This document shows positions 22,422 to 33,600 of a stretch of DNA of 64,000 bases, in pieces. Position numbers and translations under genes: made by a program. Source of the DNA: Penicillus capitatus (Eukaryota; Plantae; Chlorophyta); the NCBI GenBank assembly GCA_965649825.1, contig OZ287694.1, positions 2,150,540 to 2,214,539 of the forward strand, in the 5' to 3' direction. Position 1 is the first letter of the stretch. Each line of letters starts with the position of its first letter. The notes beneath the pieces were generated by a model that saw nothing but the letters and a program-made list of their open reading frames with translations, was not told the origin of the DNA and ran no database searches.

Positions 22422-22570
22422 AGAGAAGATGTATCAGAGGCCTTTCTCTTTTGACGGCCCCTCCTGCCGATCCAGGCGATGGGCGATTTTTTTTGTCGGA
22501 TCCTAAATTCTTGTGAGGATACAGAAAATGCATTTTTGAAAATCGAGTGTTCGTGCCAAAGACGTCGCCG

Positions 22571-23381
22571 TCAGGGTCCGTGATCGCGTGGCATAGCGGA
22601 GCCGGACATCGTCGTGGGTGCCGTTTTCAAGCTAGACGTCTCGAACTGCACTTGCTTGAAGGGCAGCGGCGTCTTGTCCGTCAGCGCCTTCAGATCCGCT
22701 GTCCTTTCAACGTCCCATCAACACAAGTGTGATCATGATGTGACAGGTGTGACCTTCTAAGATGCGCCGTGGTAGACGACCGACGGCGGTGCCCTGGACG
22801 CTCTGTGAGGCATCGAGGAAGACAAAGTGTGGAATGCCGTCCACACCGTACTGCAGCATCTCGGGGGCCCATTTGCCGTTCTCGACGTTGAGAGCGACGT
22901 AATTGATCTGATCTCGAAAGGCCTCTTCGATCTCGACCGTATCTGGCAACATCTCTCGGCACACCTCACACCTATACCATCATCATTAGCGTCATCCAAT
23001 GCGATGCGATCGACTTTCATACCAGTTGGCGTAGAATTCGACGACGGTCGGTTTGCCGTTGCTCTGTGCTAGGTCGTAGGGGACGGCCTGTGCTTCGAGA
23101 TCGGAGAAGGTCGGTCCGCCAGTCAACACACGCGTGAAGAGAAAGAGACCGACGCCGAGTCCGACAGCGCCGCTGGCGAGGAGTCCATTCGGTGGACGGT
23201 CGTCGGGCTGCACGGATTCTTGGGTCAGTTGCGGCGGCGGTGGCGGCGCGAGGGTCGTCGGGTCGACCGCGTCATCCTCAGCGATACAACGCCGACGCCA
23301 ACGATGGGAGGCAATTCGCTGCGGCTGCGTCCGCGTGCTTGCGCTAAGCGTGCAGAAGGGTCGCCTCAGCGCAAACGTCAT
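22571..23381 (-). CDS. HCF164: Thylakoid thioredoxin-like protein HCF164; 2 introns
   Basis: TM helix, then [11 protein letters not shown]|CEVCREM (WCEVC active site across an intron), [11 protein letters not shown], and C-terminal PRDHG. ATG at 23381, stop at 22571-22573. Confidence 0.9.
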
Positions 23382-23436
23382 AGGACAGTCGTGGGCCGAA
23401 GGTCACAGAATCGTTCAGGATCGAGGCAATAAGGAC

Positions 23437-23443
23437 AAAAAAA
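23437..23443 (-). terminator. RNA polymerase III terminator (T7) of the tRNA-Gly gene
   Basis: Run of 7 T on the minus strand, 11 nt downstream of the tRNA 3' end. Confidence 0.6.
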
Positions 23444-23454
23444 TCGATCGGTGT

Positions 23455-23525
23455 TGCGTCGACCGGGAATCGAACCCGGGTTACCACCGTGGCAGGGTGA
23501 AGTCATACCCCTAGACCATCGACGC
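23455..23525 (-). tRNA. trnG-GCC: tRNA-Gly (anticodon GCC), 71 nt, no intron
   Basis: Reverse complement folds as a cloverleaf: acceptor GCGTCGA/TCGACGC, D arm GTC..GAC, anticodon stem TCACC/GGTGG with loop CTGCCAC, T arm CCGGG-TTCGATT-CCCGG, discriminator A. Confidence 0.95.
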
Positions 23526-23685
23526 GACGACTGTCCAGCGACGAAGATGGAAGAGATGGCCGAATGGCGTCCATGATGTGACGTGGTCGTCGTCTGAGCT
23601 GCCGTTGCGATTGTTGCGTCTTTGTTGTCTATTCCTCGCGTCGCGTTACTTTGCCGCCACCCGTCGTTTCCAAACAGTCAGCGTC

Positions 23686-25080
23686 ATGGCACGGCGTTTT
23701 CCCAAGGCGGTGCGGGATGAAGAGGCACTCGTCAGCGAAGCTCGCGTATACAACGATATCAACGTCAACAGACCGACTGAGTACTCGGACTACGAAAACG
23801 CCGAACCTCAATGGGGGTAAGTGGGTCGGTCGCATCGGACGGCCCATATCCAAACGTCACATCACGCGTGTAGCTCCTTGGACGGCTACTTCATTTCGTG
23901 CCGCATTGGCCAAGGGCGCTATGGCGAAGTCTATGAGGGATATGATAAGTCCCGTCGCCTCTGTATCATCAAACTCCTGAAACCGGTCAAACTCAAAAAG
24001 GCACGGCACCCAGTTGTCTGCCAGTCAAAGTGTGACCGGACGTTTGGTTGGAGGATTAGATCCGTCGGGAGATTAAGGTCTTGCAGAATCTGCAAGGAGG
24101 TCCCAACATCGTCGGCCTCCACGATGTGGTGTGCGATCCGGAGACACGGACACCCATTCTGATCATGGAGCATTTAACGAATTTTGATCATCGTTTCCTC
24201 TATCCACGTCTGACGGATTGGGAAGTGCGATATTACATGTTCCAACTACTCAAGGCGCTGGACTACTGCCACTCGCAAGGCATCATGCATCGTGATGTGA
24301 AGCCACATAACATCGTCATTGACCACGATCGTCGCGAACTGAGACTCATCGACTGGGGTCTAGCAGAATTTTATTTCCCAGGTCGTGTGGCGGCGCGAGA
24401 CGTGGCGGCGCGAGACGTCACATCAAGGAGAGGTGTGAGATGTGACGTGTAGGGAAAGAATATAATGTACGTGTGGCATCGCGCCATTTCAAAGGACCGG
24501 AGCTTCTGGTGGATCTCATGGACTACGATTACGCATTGGATCTCTGGGGCGTCGGATGCATCTTGGCCGGTAGTGCTGTCGGAAGTGTGAGATGTCTGAC
24601 GGAATGTGTGCGAATCGTCCTAGGTATTATCTTCCGCAAAGATCCATTTTTTAACGGCGTCGACAATGTGGATCAGCTTGTCAAAATCGCCAAGGTGCGG
24701 TCACACATCGGCCGCCCTAAAAGAGTGAGAAACGTCGACGTAGGTCATGGGCACGGATGAACTCTATGTCTATCTGCTGAAGTACGGGATCACACTGGAC
24801 GCTGAATTTCGTAAAGTACTGGGACGCCGAAAGCGCCGCCCGTGGTCCAAGTTCGTCACCGAAAGAAACGAACACCTCGTCAGCGAAGAATCGATCGACC
24901 TCGTTGATAAACTCCTGAAATATGATCATCAAGAACGACTGACAGCCAAAGAAGCTATGGCCCATTCGTACTTTGACACTGTACGTACACACCCTCCTAC
25001 CTTCCTTGGCTGGACGCCCCTGTCGTGTTGTGTGACCGCTGATGTGACAGGTTCGTATCTTTGAAGCATCAAAGTCCTGA
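23686..25080 (+). CDS. CKA: Casein kinase II catalytic (alpha) subunit, divergent; multi-exon including one GC-AG intron
   Basis: [20 protein letters not shown]|[68 protein letters not shown]. Stop TGA at 25078-25080. Confidence 0.95.
24387..24416 (+). repeat. Exact 15-bp tandem duplication inside a CK2 intron
   Basis: GTGGCGGCGCGAGAC x2. Confidence 0.85.
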
Positions 25081-25366
25081 GGGGAAGCTGTATGTACGTG
25101 CGGTTGAAGATAGGCGTGTGCAGAATAAGACGTATGGCCATCTGTTCTTTTTGTGTTGTATGAACACATCACGAGTAACGACTTCTGAAGTTCTTTCACT
25201 AAAGAGAGAAACACTCGCTTCTGTTCATATCTATCGAGATCACACGACGAAGTACCCACCACCCAGCACCACCACAATCACTAGCCCTTAATTGTCCACA
25301 TTCCATGGATTGCTCGATCACGCATCAGGATGATGATACATCATCACGACGATTCGATCGTACAGC

Positions 25367-25389
25367 GATCGATCGATCGATCGATCGAT
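25367..25389. repeat. (GATC)n palindromic microsatellite
   Basis: Five full GATC units plus GAT. Confidence 0.8.
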
Positions 25390-26055
25390 TCGGGGAACAT
25401 ACAGAAGTTTTTTTTTCGCGCTTTGCTCATAAAGTGCTGTGCAATTCGGGGGATACGATGAAATTTACGTCTTATTAGAGAAACATCATCCTGGTATAGG
25501 ACTGCGTCGAACAGGATGCGATGGGGATGGGTCGTCATCGTTGAAAAATGAAGAAGACCGTTTGGTCGGTCAGTCGGTCGGTCGGTATCATCCACAATCA
25601 AATCTTATCCGTCCTGGATGACATTTCTGAGGGCGCTCTCGACCGGAGAGGGAGATCCATCCACTCAGATCTTGAAAAATTCAAACAAACAAAGAAGAAG
25701 GGATTCTCAATTGACATCAACCGCCGATCGATCATCACCCCCAAAATAGACTTGAATATGTGTTCAGCGTTTCTGTGTGCCCACCAGCGCGACAGTACAT
25801 GCGTCTTCTCAATGCGGCGGCGCATCATCGGACCAAAACTACAATTGAGATGTCTTTATATTAATGAACGGACAGATAGGCAGATAGGCAGATGGAAAAG
25901 AGGCATCGGAAATAAAAGCAAAGAACCGCCCGCGATCTTCAGGTATGCAAAGACGGACCTGATCTTGCCGTTTGGTATAGAATGATGAAAAATCACACAG
26001 ACAGGTCGTCATCGTTGTTGCTGTTGGTCATGCTGTGCGTCGTGATGTGACGTCT

Positions 26056-27564
26056 TCATCCGCTCGTCTTGGCCAACGGCAATTCGAACATCTGTGAACT
26101 CCACCGGATCACCGTATCCCGTAGCCGACTCAGCAGCACATCGTGACGGTCCATCCGCGTCGTTCCTTTGGCTGTTAGTAGCCAGTTCTGTAGTTTGCTG
26201 AGGCTCTCCATAAGACGATAGCAATCTTCGCGGCAGTAGACGGAGTGTTCCACTTCCAGACCCACAAGTTTGTGTATCAGCTTCAGGAACCATTTTTCAG
26301 CTGAGTGGGCAAAACGCTGCCCGAGGGCGAGAATGTAATTCGGATCAAATCGCGTGGCGGCGGCGTCGGAGGCGAGACACGATGGAATGGCAGACAGGGA
26401 TTTTTTTCCGCTTCGCTCTTCGCTCGAGCGACTCCGCTGATGCGCCCGAACTGGCAGCGGCGCGTCTCTCGATGCTCTCGGCGGCGACGATGGCCTCGAC
26501 GGGACTTTCTTCTCCGATGTTCGCGAGAACGGCTGGCGGCGGACGATCTTGGATCGTCGTATCGGCGCCGTCTCCGGATACTCGGTCTGCAGATTCTTGT
26601 ACAGATCGATATACTTGTCGATTCCCACGTCCCAATCGGACCCGTGTGTATCCATGAGGCCCTTCAGGTGATCAAACTCGGCGGCGAAGCCAAGAACCTT
26701 CTCCGCTTCGATCACCTCTTCCAACGCCTGCTTGGCGCATTCGACGGCCTTCTCCCAGCGATCGTACGCCGCCCGCTGCACTTCTATGATACAGGCTTCC
26801 TCTTCGTCCACGTGTGCGGCCTCTTCGGGCGCCGGCAGGCGGCGGAAGGTGGCGCATTTGGCGTCCAGTACACGGATGGTCTTGCCGTAGTCTTCGGATC
26901 GAGATTTGAGGACCCGTTGTCTGGCGCGCGATGTCGAGAGGAGTTTCTTCACGTCGTGCTTCACCTGCGACGTTCTCTTCGATTTCACCGTTGCCGAATC
27001 GGGCGCTCCCCTCACACGTGATCGTATCCCCGTTAACCGGCCATTGCTCTCATGCGTCGTCGTCGTTGTCGTCGCTGTCCATCCACGACGTGAACCACGA
27101 AGGTCACTCTTTTCGGTCACACTCTTTTTGTTCCGTTTGCTTCGTGGTTGATTATTGCGTCGTCTGGAGAGAGAGGATACGATTTTGGTATCGGGCTTCT
27201 GACGGCAGAAATCTTTTGTCGGGAATTCCCACGCGATGCTGGGCGTCTCGCATTTGCGTGGCGGGTCAGCGAGGGGCTCCTGTCCCACAGACGACGGCGA
27301 CATCGGCTGCTCGTCGACGGAGTTCACTTCGGAAACGATGCTTAAGTCTCGACCCGACGACATAAGGGCGTCGCGGACGGAAACGGACGTCGCTTGACCC
27401 CAAGTGCGACGCGAACGACGCGGTGTTGGTTCAAAACCCATTTCGCAGACTGCATAGCACGAACGCATAGAAGCGGCCGCGTTTACGACGGAAAATGAGT
27501 GTACCGACTTCGACCTATGCGCTTCACGAAGGAGAGATTTTGTTGTCGTTTGAACGCGTGGCAC
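26056..27564 (-). CDS. Hypothetical intronless protein (up to 502 aa), basic low-complexity N-half and a helical/coiled-coil middle
   Basis: Long uninterrupted ORF with a helical segment (RWEKAVECAKQALEEVIEAEKVLG...WDVGIDKYIDLYKNLQTEYPE). No family recognised; the true start is uncertain. Confidence 0.5.
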   Translation of the reverse strand: MPRVQTTTKSLLREAHRSKSVHSFSVVNAAASMRSCYAVCEMGFEPTPRRSRRTWGQATSVSVRDALMSSGRDLSIVSEVNSVDEQPMSPSSVGQEPLADPPRKCETPSIAWEFPTKDFCRQKPDTKIVSSLSRRRNNQPRSKRNKKSVTEKSDLRGSRRGWTATTTTTTHESNGRLTGIRSRVRGAPDSATVKSKRTSQVKHDVKKLLSTSRARQRVLKSRSEDYGKTIRVLDAKCATFRRLPAPEEAAHVDEEEACIIEVQRAAYDRWEKAVECAKQALEEVIEAEKVLGFAAEFDHLKGLMDTHGSDWDVGIDKYIDLYKNLQTEYPETAPIRRSKIVRRQPFSRTSEKKVPSRPSSPPRASRDAPLPVRAHQRSRSSEERSGKKSLSAIPSCLASDAAATRFDPNYILALGQRFAHSAEKWFLKLIHKLVGLEVEHSVYCREDCYRLMESLSKLQNWLLTAKGTTRMDRHDVLLSRLRDTVIRWSSQMFELPLAKTSG

Positions 27565-27900
27565 TTTGCGATGATACGGCTTTGCGGTTGTCGACCTTCA
27601 CGTCCTCCACTCAGGATAGCGAATGCGACACGCGGGTACAGTTGTAGATATGACGTTGTACCCACCACACGCAGCGCTAGAGGCGGGACGACTATGACGT
27701 GGATGGATCAAACGGTACGCGACGCTCGTGGACGGCACCTCTCGACGAGGCCTTGCGAAAGCAGACAGGGTTTGTCGCGTCGACGTGGCGGCGGCGGTGG
27801 CGGCGGACCCGTGGCAAAAGACGAAACAAGCCGTACATAGCTGTCGCGACAAAACGGTTGAGCACTGATAAGGATCTATCTATGGTCCACTGCTTGTGTT

Positions 27901-30387
27901 CTAGTAGATCCTGGAGATGAGTCTTTCGGCCGGCTTTCGACAGATGGGGCAACGTCTCGGTAGTTTTGCGTAGATCTGCCTGGCGCACTCTTCACAGGCG
28001 CAGATATGGACCCTACACACAAACAGCCACGCATCAAGGCCACACGTCTGAGGCGTCGCTAGCAGGCAGCCTACGTTTCGCCGTGGCAGAAGCCCGAAGT
28101 CTGAGGCTTCTCCAGACAGACAATGCACGGGATGCTTCGGTTAATGAACTACAGACAGAGCAAAGCGTGAGAAACGTCACATCATAGCCGCCAGAGGACG
28201 ACATCTTCATTAGGTGCCGCGGTATCGCTGTTCTCCGACGCCTCGTTCGGTGCGGCGTTTTTCGTTCGAAGGGCTTGGATGTCTTGCAGCACGCTCTCGC
28301 TCGAGACTTCTTCGTTTTCCCCCTTCGGTCGGACGATCATGACATTGCCAGATGTCAACCCACTCTACATCACACCGATTGCCCTCACGCGATCCGTCAC
28401 ATCACCGCCCGTCACATCTTTCATCGTTTTCTGAAAGGCCGTGATCTCTCGGATCTGTTTGGAATGATCCTCCACAAAGAAGAGACACTCCGTCATACAC
28501 AGCCGATCATCCAAGTGGCAGATGTCGTCGTAGCAGATAAAACAAAGCTTCGATTCCCGACTGACCAGCACGCTTCCGATGTACTCGATCTTCTTCTTTG
28601 CGGGATCCAGCAGGACACAGAAGAGAATCGCTGCGTGATTGTGTAGCGGCGGCAGAGATCTGCCCGAATCCTGTTCTAAATAAAGAGTGAGAGTGAAATA
28701 ATCATCGCGTTCTCTGTAGACACAGAGATCGCCAAGCTGAAAGTCCAATCTGGACAAATTGGCCAAACAGGCCGCTCCAGCAAAAATACCGTCCTTCTCT
28801 ACGGCGCAGAGCCACGCTCGGGTGCGCGTTGCATCGAAACCCGAATCGTTTAGAATCTATAAAAAAGTGTGAGATGTGTGAGAGCTGGGGTAAAGGACAC
28901 GCCTGTTGCTCGAGGGTCTTGACCGACTCCTGCATCGACATCGTGTACATTCGCGTCCGCATGATCCTCAGGATGTCGGCGGCGCCGTCTCTCTTCAGTC
29001 GCTCTTTGATCCATCGATCCGTGATCACCTCGATCGACACGCGATAGGCCTCAAAGGCGAACATCCGGGCGATGAACTCGGGCTTCGATTTTGGCAGAGA
29101 AAGACGAAATCCAATCGTCAACCATCCATTCTTCTGATAGTCTGCCCTCTCCAATCGATCAAAGGAGAACGGCAGGTACAAGCTCTGAAGGCAGTAATGC
29201 TTGAGGTGACCTTTCCAGCCTAGAGTCCACACGCGTGTGGTTTCGATGCCAGCCAAGGGGATGGATGCATCACGGGCACCAGGAGGAAGGTATCACTCCT
29301 GCTCGGCGGCGCCATCCCCCGAGAAAAAGCCGAAAGCGTGCGACGGCGAGCTTACTCTTGAGCACACTCTTCTCCGGGATGTTACTGTTGAAGGCAATGG
29401 CGCCGATCTCTGCGTAAACGGGCTCCGATTCGGACGTGAAGCACAGATCGAGTGTCAAATCATGTCCTGTCCTCTCCAGCAATCGAAGATCCCTAACCAA
29501 CGACACCTTCACGCGATCGACCGAGCAGCGATCCCGTACCAGAGCTTGCCATTGAAGGTGAACATCCGTGAGAGCGCCAGGGCGCTGCAGAGCCAGTAGA
29601 GCTTCTTGAGCCGCCACTGTGGCAGAGGCATAAAGGTATCGGTAAGGAAGCGACGGGGAAGTTACGGTGCAGTAGGCCACGGGGCCGTTGCGACAGATGA
29701 CGAACTGTTCGTTACGTGTCGATCGCAATCGCATATCAAATCGGAAAGTCAGGCATCCATACTGCAGACACTGATATTCGCCCTGATCGTCGGTCAGGTC
29801 ACTCTTCTGAAAAGACCCATCGTACTGGCAGCCCTGTTCCAGATGCAGCGACCCTTCTGGCAAGACCACATCCATCTCCCAAGGCAGCACGGGGTGGGAG
29901 CCCTCTTACCGTCCCGTACAGGATGATGCGTTTTCGATAGAAGAGTGACCGTCCAGCAGCATCGAGGCGTCGGTAGTGGCACGTAATCACGGAGAGCGAG
30001 CGAGGCGACCAGGTTGCCGTTTCGTGTCAGTCGAGCACGGGCAAACCTGGACCGTTGGCAGATGCGATGGTCTTGGGTGGCTGGACAGGGAGGGATGTAC
30101 CATGTGTAGCCGAGGAATGGAAAATCGGATGTCATGAACGCCGCCTCCGGTCGCTTCATCAATTCCTCGTCGATGTGCAACTGGCTCCACGCACGTGCAT
30201 CGATATCTCCACGCGGTTAAGGGGCGCATCTCACTTCGCAGTAGCCCTGTGGGACATCGTCTTCCCACGTTCGGACTTTGTACGCCACGCCGTTCCACGT
30301 TCCGGGCTCTGAAGGCAGCGAGGCGGGAGTGAAGAAGGCAAGGGTGGATGGCTCACGTTCCGAACTCGTGATGGCAGCGACGGCCAT
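27901..30387 (-). CDS. MATH-like + USP7-type ubiquitin-like + C-terminal RING protein (putative E3 ligase), multi-exon
   Basis: MATH-like exon TSDFPFLGYTW|FARARL; USP7-UBL-like ILFCVLLDPAKKKIEYIGSVLV; terminal RING HICACEECARQIY...RCPICRKP. No USP catalytic Cys box seen. Start approximate. Confidence 0.7.
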
Positions 30388-30659
30388 GTTGTCGATGGCG
30401 GCGAGAATTCGGAGCGGTGGTGGGGGCGGTGCCACGCGAGGGTCTGTCGCTGGTTTCCGTGGCGTTCTCAGAATCGCGTTATCCGAAATCCGCCCGCGAA
30501 TTTCAGTCCTGGACGAATATCGAAGGCGACCGTTGATTCGGACGCAACGGCCGTGATGCGAATGTCGACGACGACGACGACCATGCCACCGCACCCTTCG
30601 ACCGACCAGCCAAGACCACCACCCATTGCGGTTTGCCCCAACGCTGCGCGAGACGGCGA

Positions 30660-33600
30660 CATGACGCGCGGCACCGTCGCAGCGCGACACGCGCGACGCC
30701 GGGCGAACTGAGTGCCGCCGTTGTTGGATCATCAAGTGGATGGATTGCATGTATGCATGGAAGATTCCTCGTTGACGTTGTTTCTCTTCAGAGTATGACG
30801 CAAGAGGCACCGCTATCCGACGCCGCCACTCATGTCGCCGCCAAACGGCGAAACGAAAAGGACGTTGTTCAGGAGGTGCCGTTGTCCAGTGGCATTGCCG
30901 CGGAAAGGCATGTCCCCTGGGTAGGTGTTGACGCAATTCTACGGTCCGCTTTTGGCCACAGCGCACGCTTCGCCGGCGGCGGCGTGTCCGGCGGAATGGA
31001 AGGAAGTCGAAGAACTGGTCGGCGGCTTTGCGCAGTACTTAACGTCGCTGCATCACGTGTCGCATAGTAGTATGGAGATTCGGGTGAGGTCGCATAGGTC
31101 ACACGTCCTCTATGGATCTCTCACACTTTAGATACCAGATGTCGACTGCCTTTCCGAAGCACGAAGCTGCGAGGCGTCGTTGCGTCTCCTGGAGAGCGCC
31201 GTGGTCGAATGGACGGAATCGCTTTCGAATGCGCTTCATGACGAGACGTGCGTTCAAGTGGCGGCTGGATCGGGTCCGGCGGCGGAGGTGGAGTTCTGGC
31301 GGCGGCGTCTCGCTTTTCTTTCGGCATTGACGGAGCAGCTTCAGTCGAAGACCGTCTGCGATATCTTGGCCATCGTCGACGACGTCACATCAGGACACAG
31401 CAAAGCGCTTCAGGCGTTTGCCGATCCGTCGACGGCGCTGAAACGACGGACGGCCGAGTCGCGCGACAATGTGAAGTTTCTGACCATGCTCGAGCGACAC
31501 TTCGCCGTTTTGGCCACGGGATCGTTGACGGCAGTGACAGAAACGCTGCCGACCATGATGAACACGCTGCGCACGGTAAGTCGCGCCGCCACTTGTGCAT
31601 CCAACCATCGCCGCTGCAGATCTGGATCATGTCACGGTACTACAACGACGACCAGAAAATGGGCGGACTCTTCCGCAAGATCGCCATCCAGATTGGCGAC
31701 CGAGCGGAAGCGGCGGTGGATATCAAGACGCTCTTCAAACAGGACGCCGGACACACGACGGCCCTTCTCGCGAACGCGACGCATATGTTGGAAGCCTGGT
31801 ATACGGCATACATGCAGGTAGGCATGGATCCGTCGGAGCGTGGGTTTGGTAACCGTACTCGGGTGAGCAGGTTCGCGAGACGATCGAAGCTTCTCGACGC
31901 GACGCTCGGTGGGAGTTCTCGCGTTCGATGCTCTTCGAACGAACCCAACATATGGCGCTGGTGTGTCGTGATCTCTCAGAGATGGTCGACATCGTCGACG
32001 ACTTCTTCAAGTTCCTCGGTCCCGAGCTCAAAGCCGTCGTCGGTGCGCCGCCTCGCCAGTCACATCCCTTCGCAGACGTCACATCATTCAGGGGAAACGA
32101 GCGGCATCGATCAGATCCTCGAGACCGTCGTGGTCATGTGCGAAGCCGTGGAGGCCGTGCCGTTCGACGTCTTCGACGTCGCCTGCTCGGAACCGTGGTC
32201 CAAAGTCAAGGCGCAGTTTCACACGGACAACGAGAGTATCAAGCAGTCGACGCGGGAACTCATTGATGCGTCTTTTCGCAAACTGCGCTCATCGGAGGCG
32301 GCGTTTGAACTGTTGAAGTCTTTTGAGTCCATTCAAAGTCGCGGCGCGATTCAGCAGCAGATCATGAGCAAAGCGAAAGACGTTCTCCGTCAGTTCTCTC
32401 GAGAAATGGACGTCGCCCGGAGCATCTTCGACGTCCACCAACAGCACCCGCCTGTGGCGCGCAACCAGCCGCCCGTTGCTGGCAGCATCCAATGGAGTCG
32501 ACGGCTCTTCGCGCGTATTAAGCGCACTATGACCAAACTGGCCTCCTTTCTGACGGACCTGCGACAAGACGTCATCGGTACGTCACGCGACCGGCAGGAT
32601 CGGATGGGACGTGCGTGATGGGACAGGTATCGACGTGCACGAGAAGTATATGTCGTTCGCGCGGAAAGTGATGCTCTATGAGAAAGAACGGATGCGCAAT
32701 TGGGAGTCCAAGGCGACAGCGTTGTGTTTGCGTCATCTCAAGCAGCCCATTCTCAAACGCGATGCATCGACGGGTAAGCAACAGGATGATCGCGCCGCCA
32801 CCGCCGCCACCTGTCGCTGTCATCTAGGCGACATCCGAGCAAACTTCGCTGCGGAGCTGCGCGTTTTGATCAAAGAGACCAAGAGCCTGGACAAAATGGG
32901 CTTCGCGCTGCCCGATATCGTCGTCAACGTCGCGCTACAGGACCAGAGCTTCCAACGCGCCGTCGAAGACCTCGACCTCATGCTCGAACGTTATCACCAC
33001 GTCCGTCTCGCCGCCGTGTCCTGTACCGAGTGACTCTGCGGCGCACACAGGCGTTGCATCATCTAAGCTCTATCGAGCGTGCGCTGCTCGAGCAGCCGGC
33101 GAGAGAGATGACGGAGAGTCTGCAGCCTGGGTTCTCGCCACTCAATTGGCACGCGCTAGGGATCTCGGATTTTGTGGAGAGCGGCAACAAAGCCATTGCG
33201 CATTTCGTCTCCGTTGTCTCGCAGGTGCGCAAGAGCACGCACGGCATCGAAGGCATCCTGTCCAGAATCGCCAAAACGGCGCTGTTTGTGGAACCGGACA
33301 AAGCGCCTACAGAATTCGATGTCTTCGTCGACACGGTGACGACAAACATCGACGAAGCCGCGGAGAAGCTGCTCGAGACAACGCAGTCCATACCGCCGCT
33401 GTTGAAGAAGGTGGCGTCCGTCGTGTCTCACGACTCGCATCACCGCTGGCGTCTTCTCAGATTGAGGAATGCGTTTTCGGCAGCCGTAGCGGAAAGTGTC
33501 CGGCGATGAAGAGCTTCTATGCGTACTGGGAGAAGCTGCTCTACCAATCGCTCACGGCCACGGTGATCGGCGGGATGAAAGCGTTCGAACAGACGCTGCG

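Noticed and set aside
22455-22495. GC-rich stretch followed by T8 after Fd-GOGAT, resembling a bacterial intrinsic terminator.
   Set aside because: There is no convincing stem and the locus is a spliced eukaryotic gene; it is more likely ordinary 3' UTR shared with convergent HCF164.
25300-26000. AT-rich spacer with (GATC)n and (GGTC)n runs and short ORFs.
   Set aside because: Looks like ordinary simple-sequence intergenic/UTR DNA; the ORFs are short and low-complexity.
28365-28367. An in-frame TAG aligns with Gln in the 8.6-9.0 kb paralogue, hinting at the TAR=Gln code used by some ulvophyte algae.
   Set aside because: The TAG is the 3' acceptor of a 51-nt intron that the paralogue shares. 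Conserved genes here end normally on TAA or TAG (eIF3h, dynein, EBP2, ATG18, TLDc).
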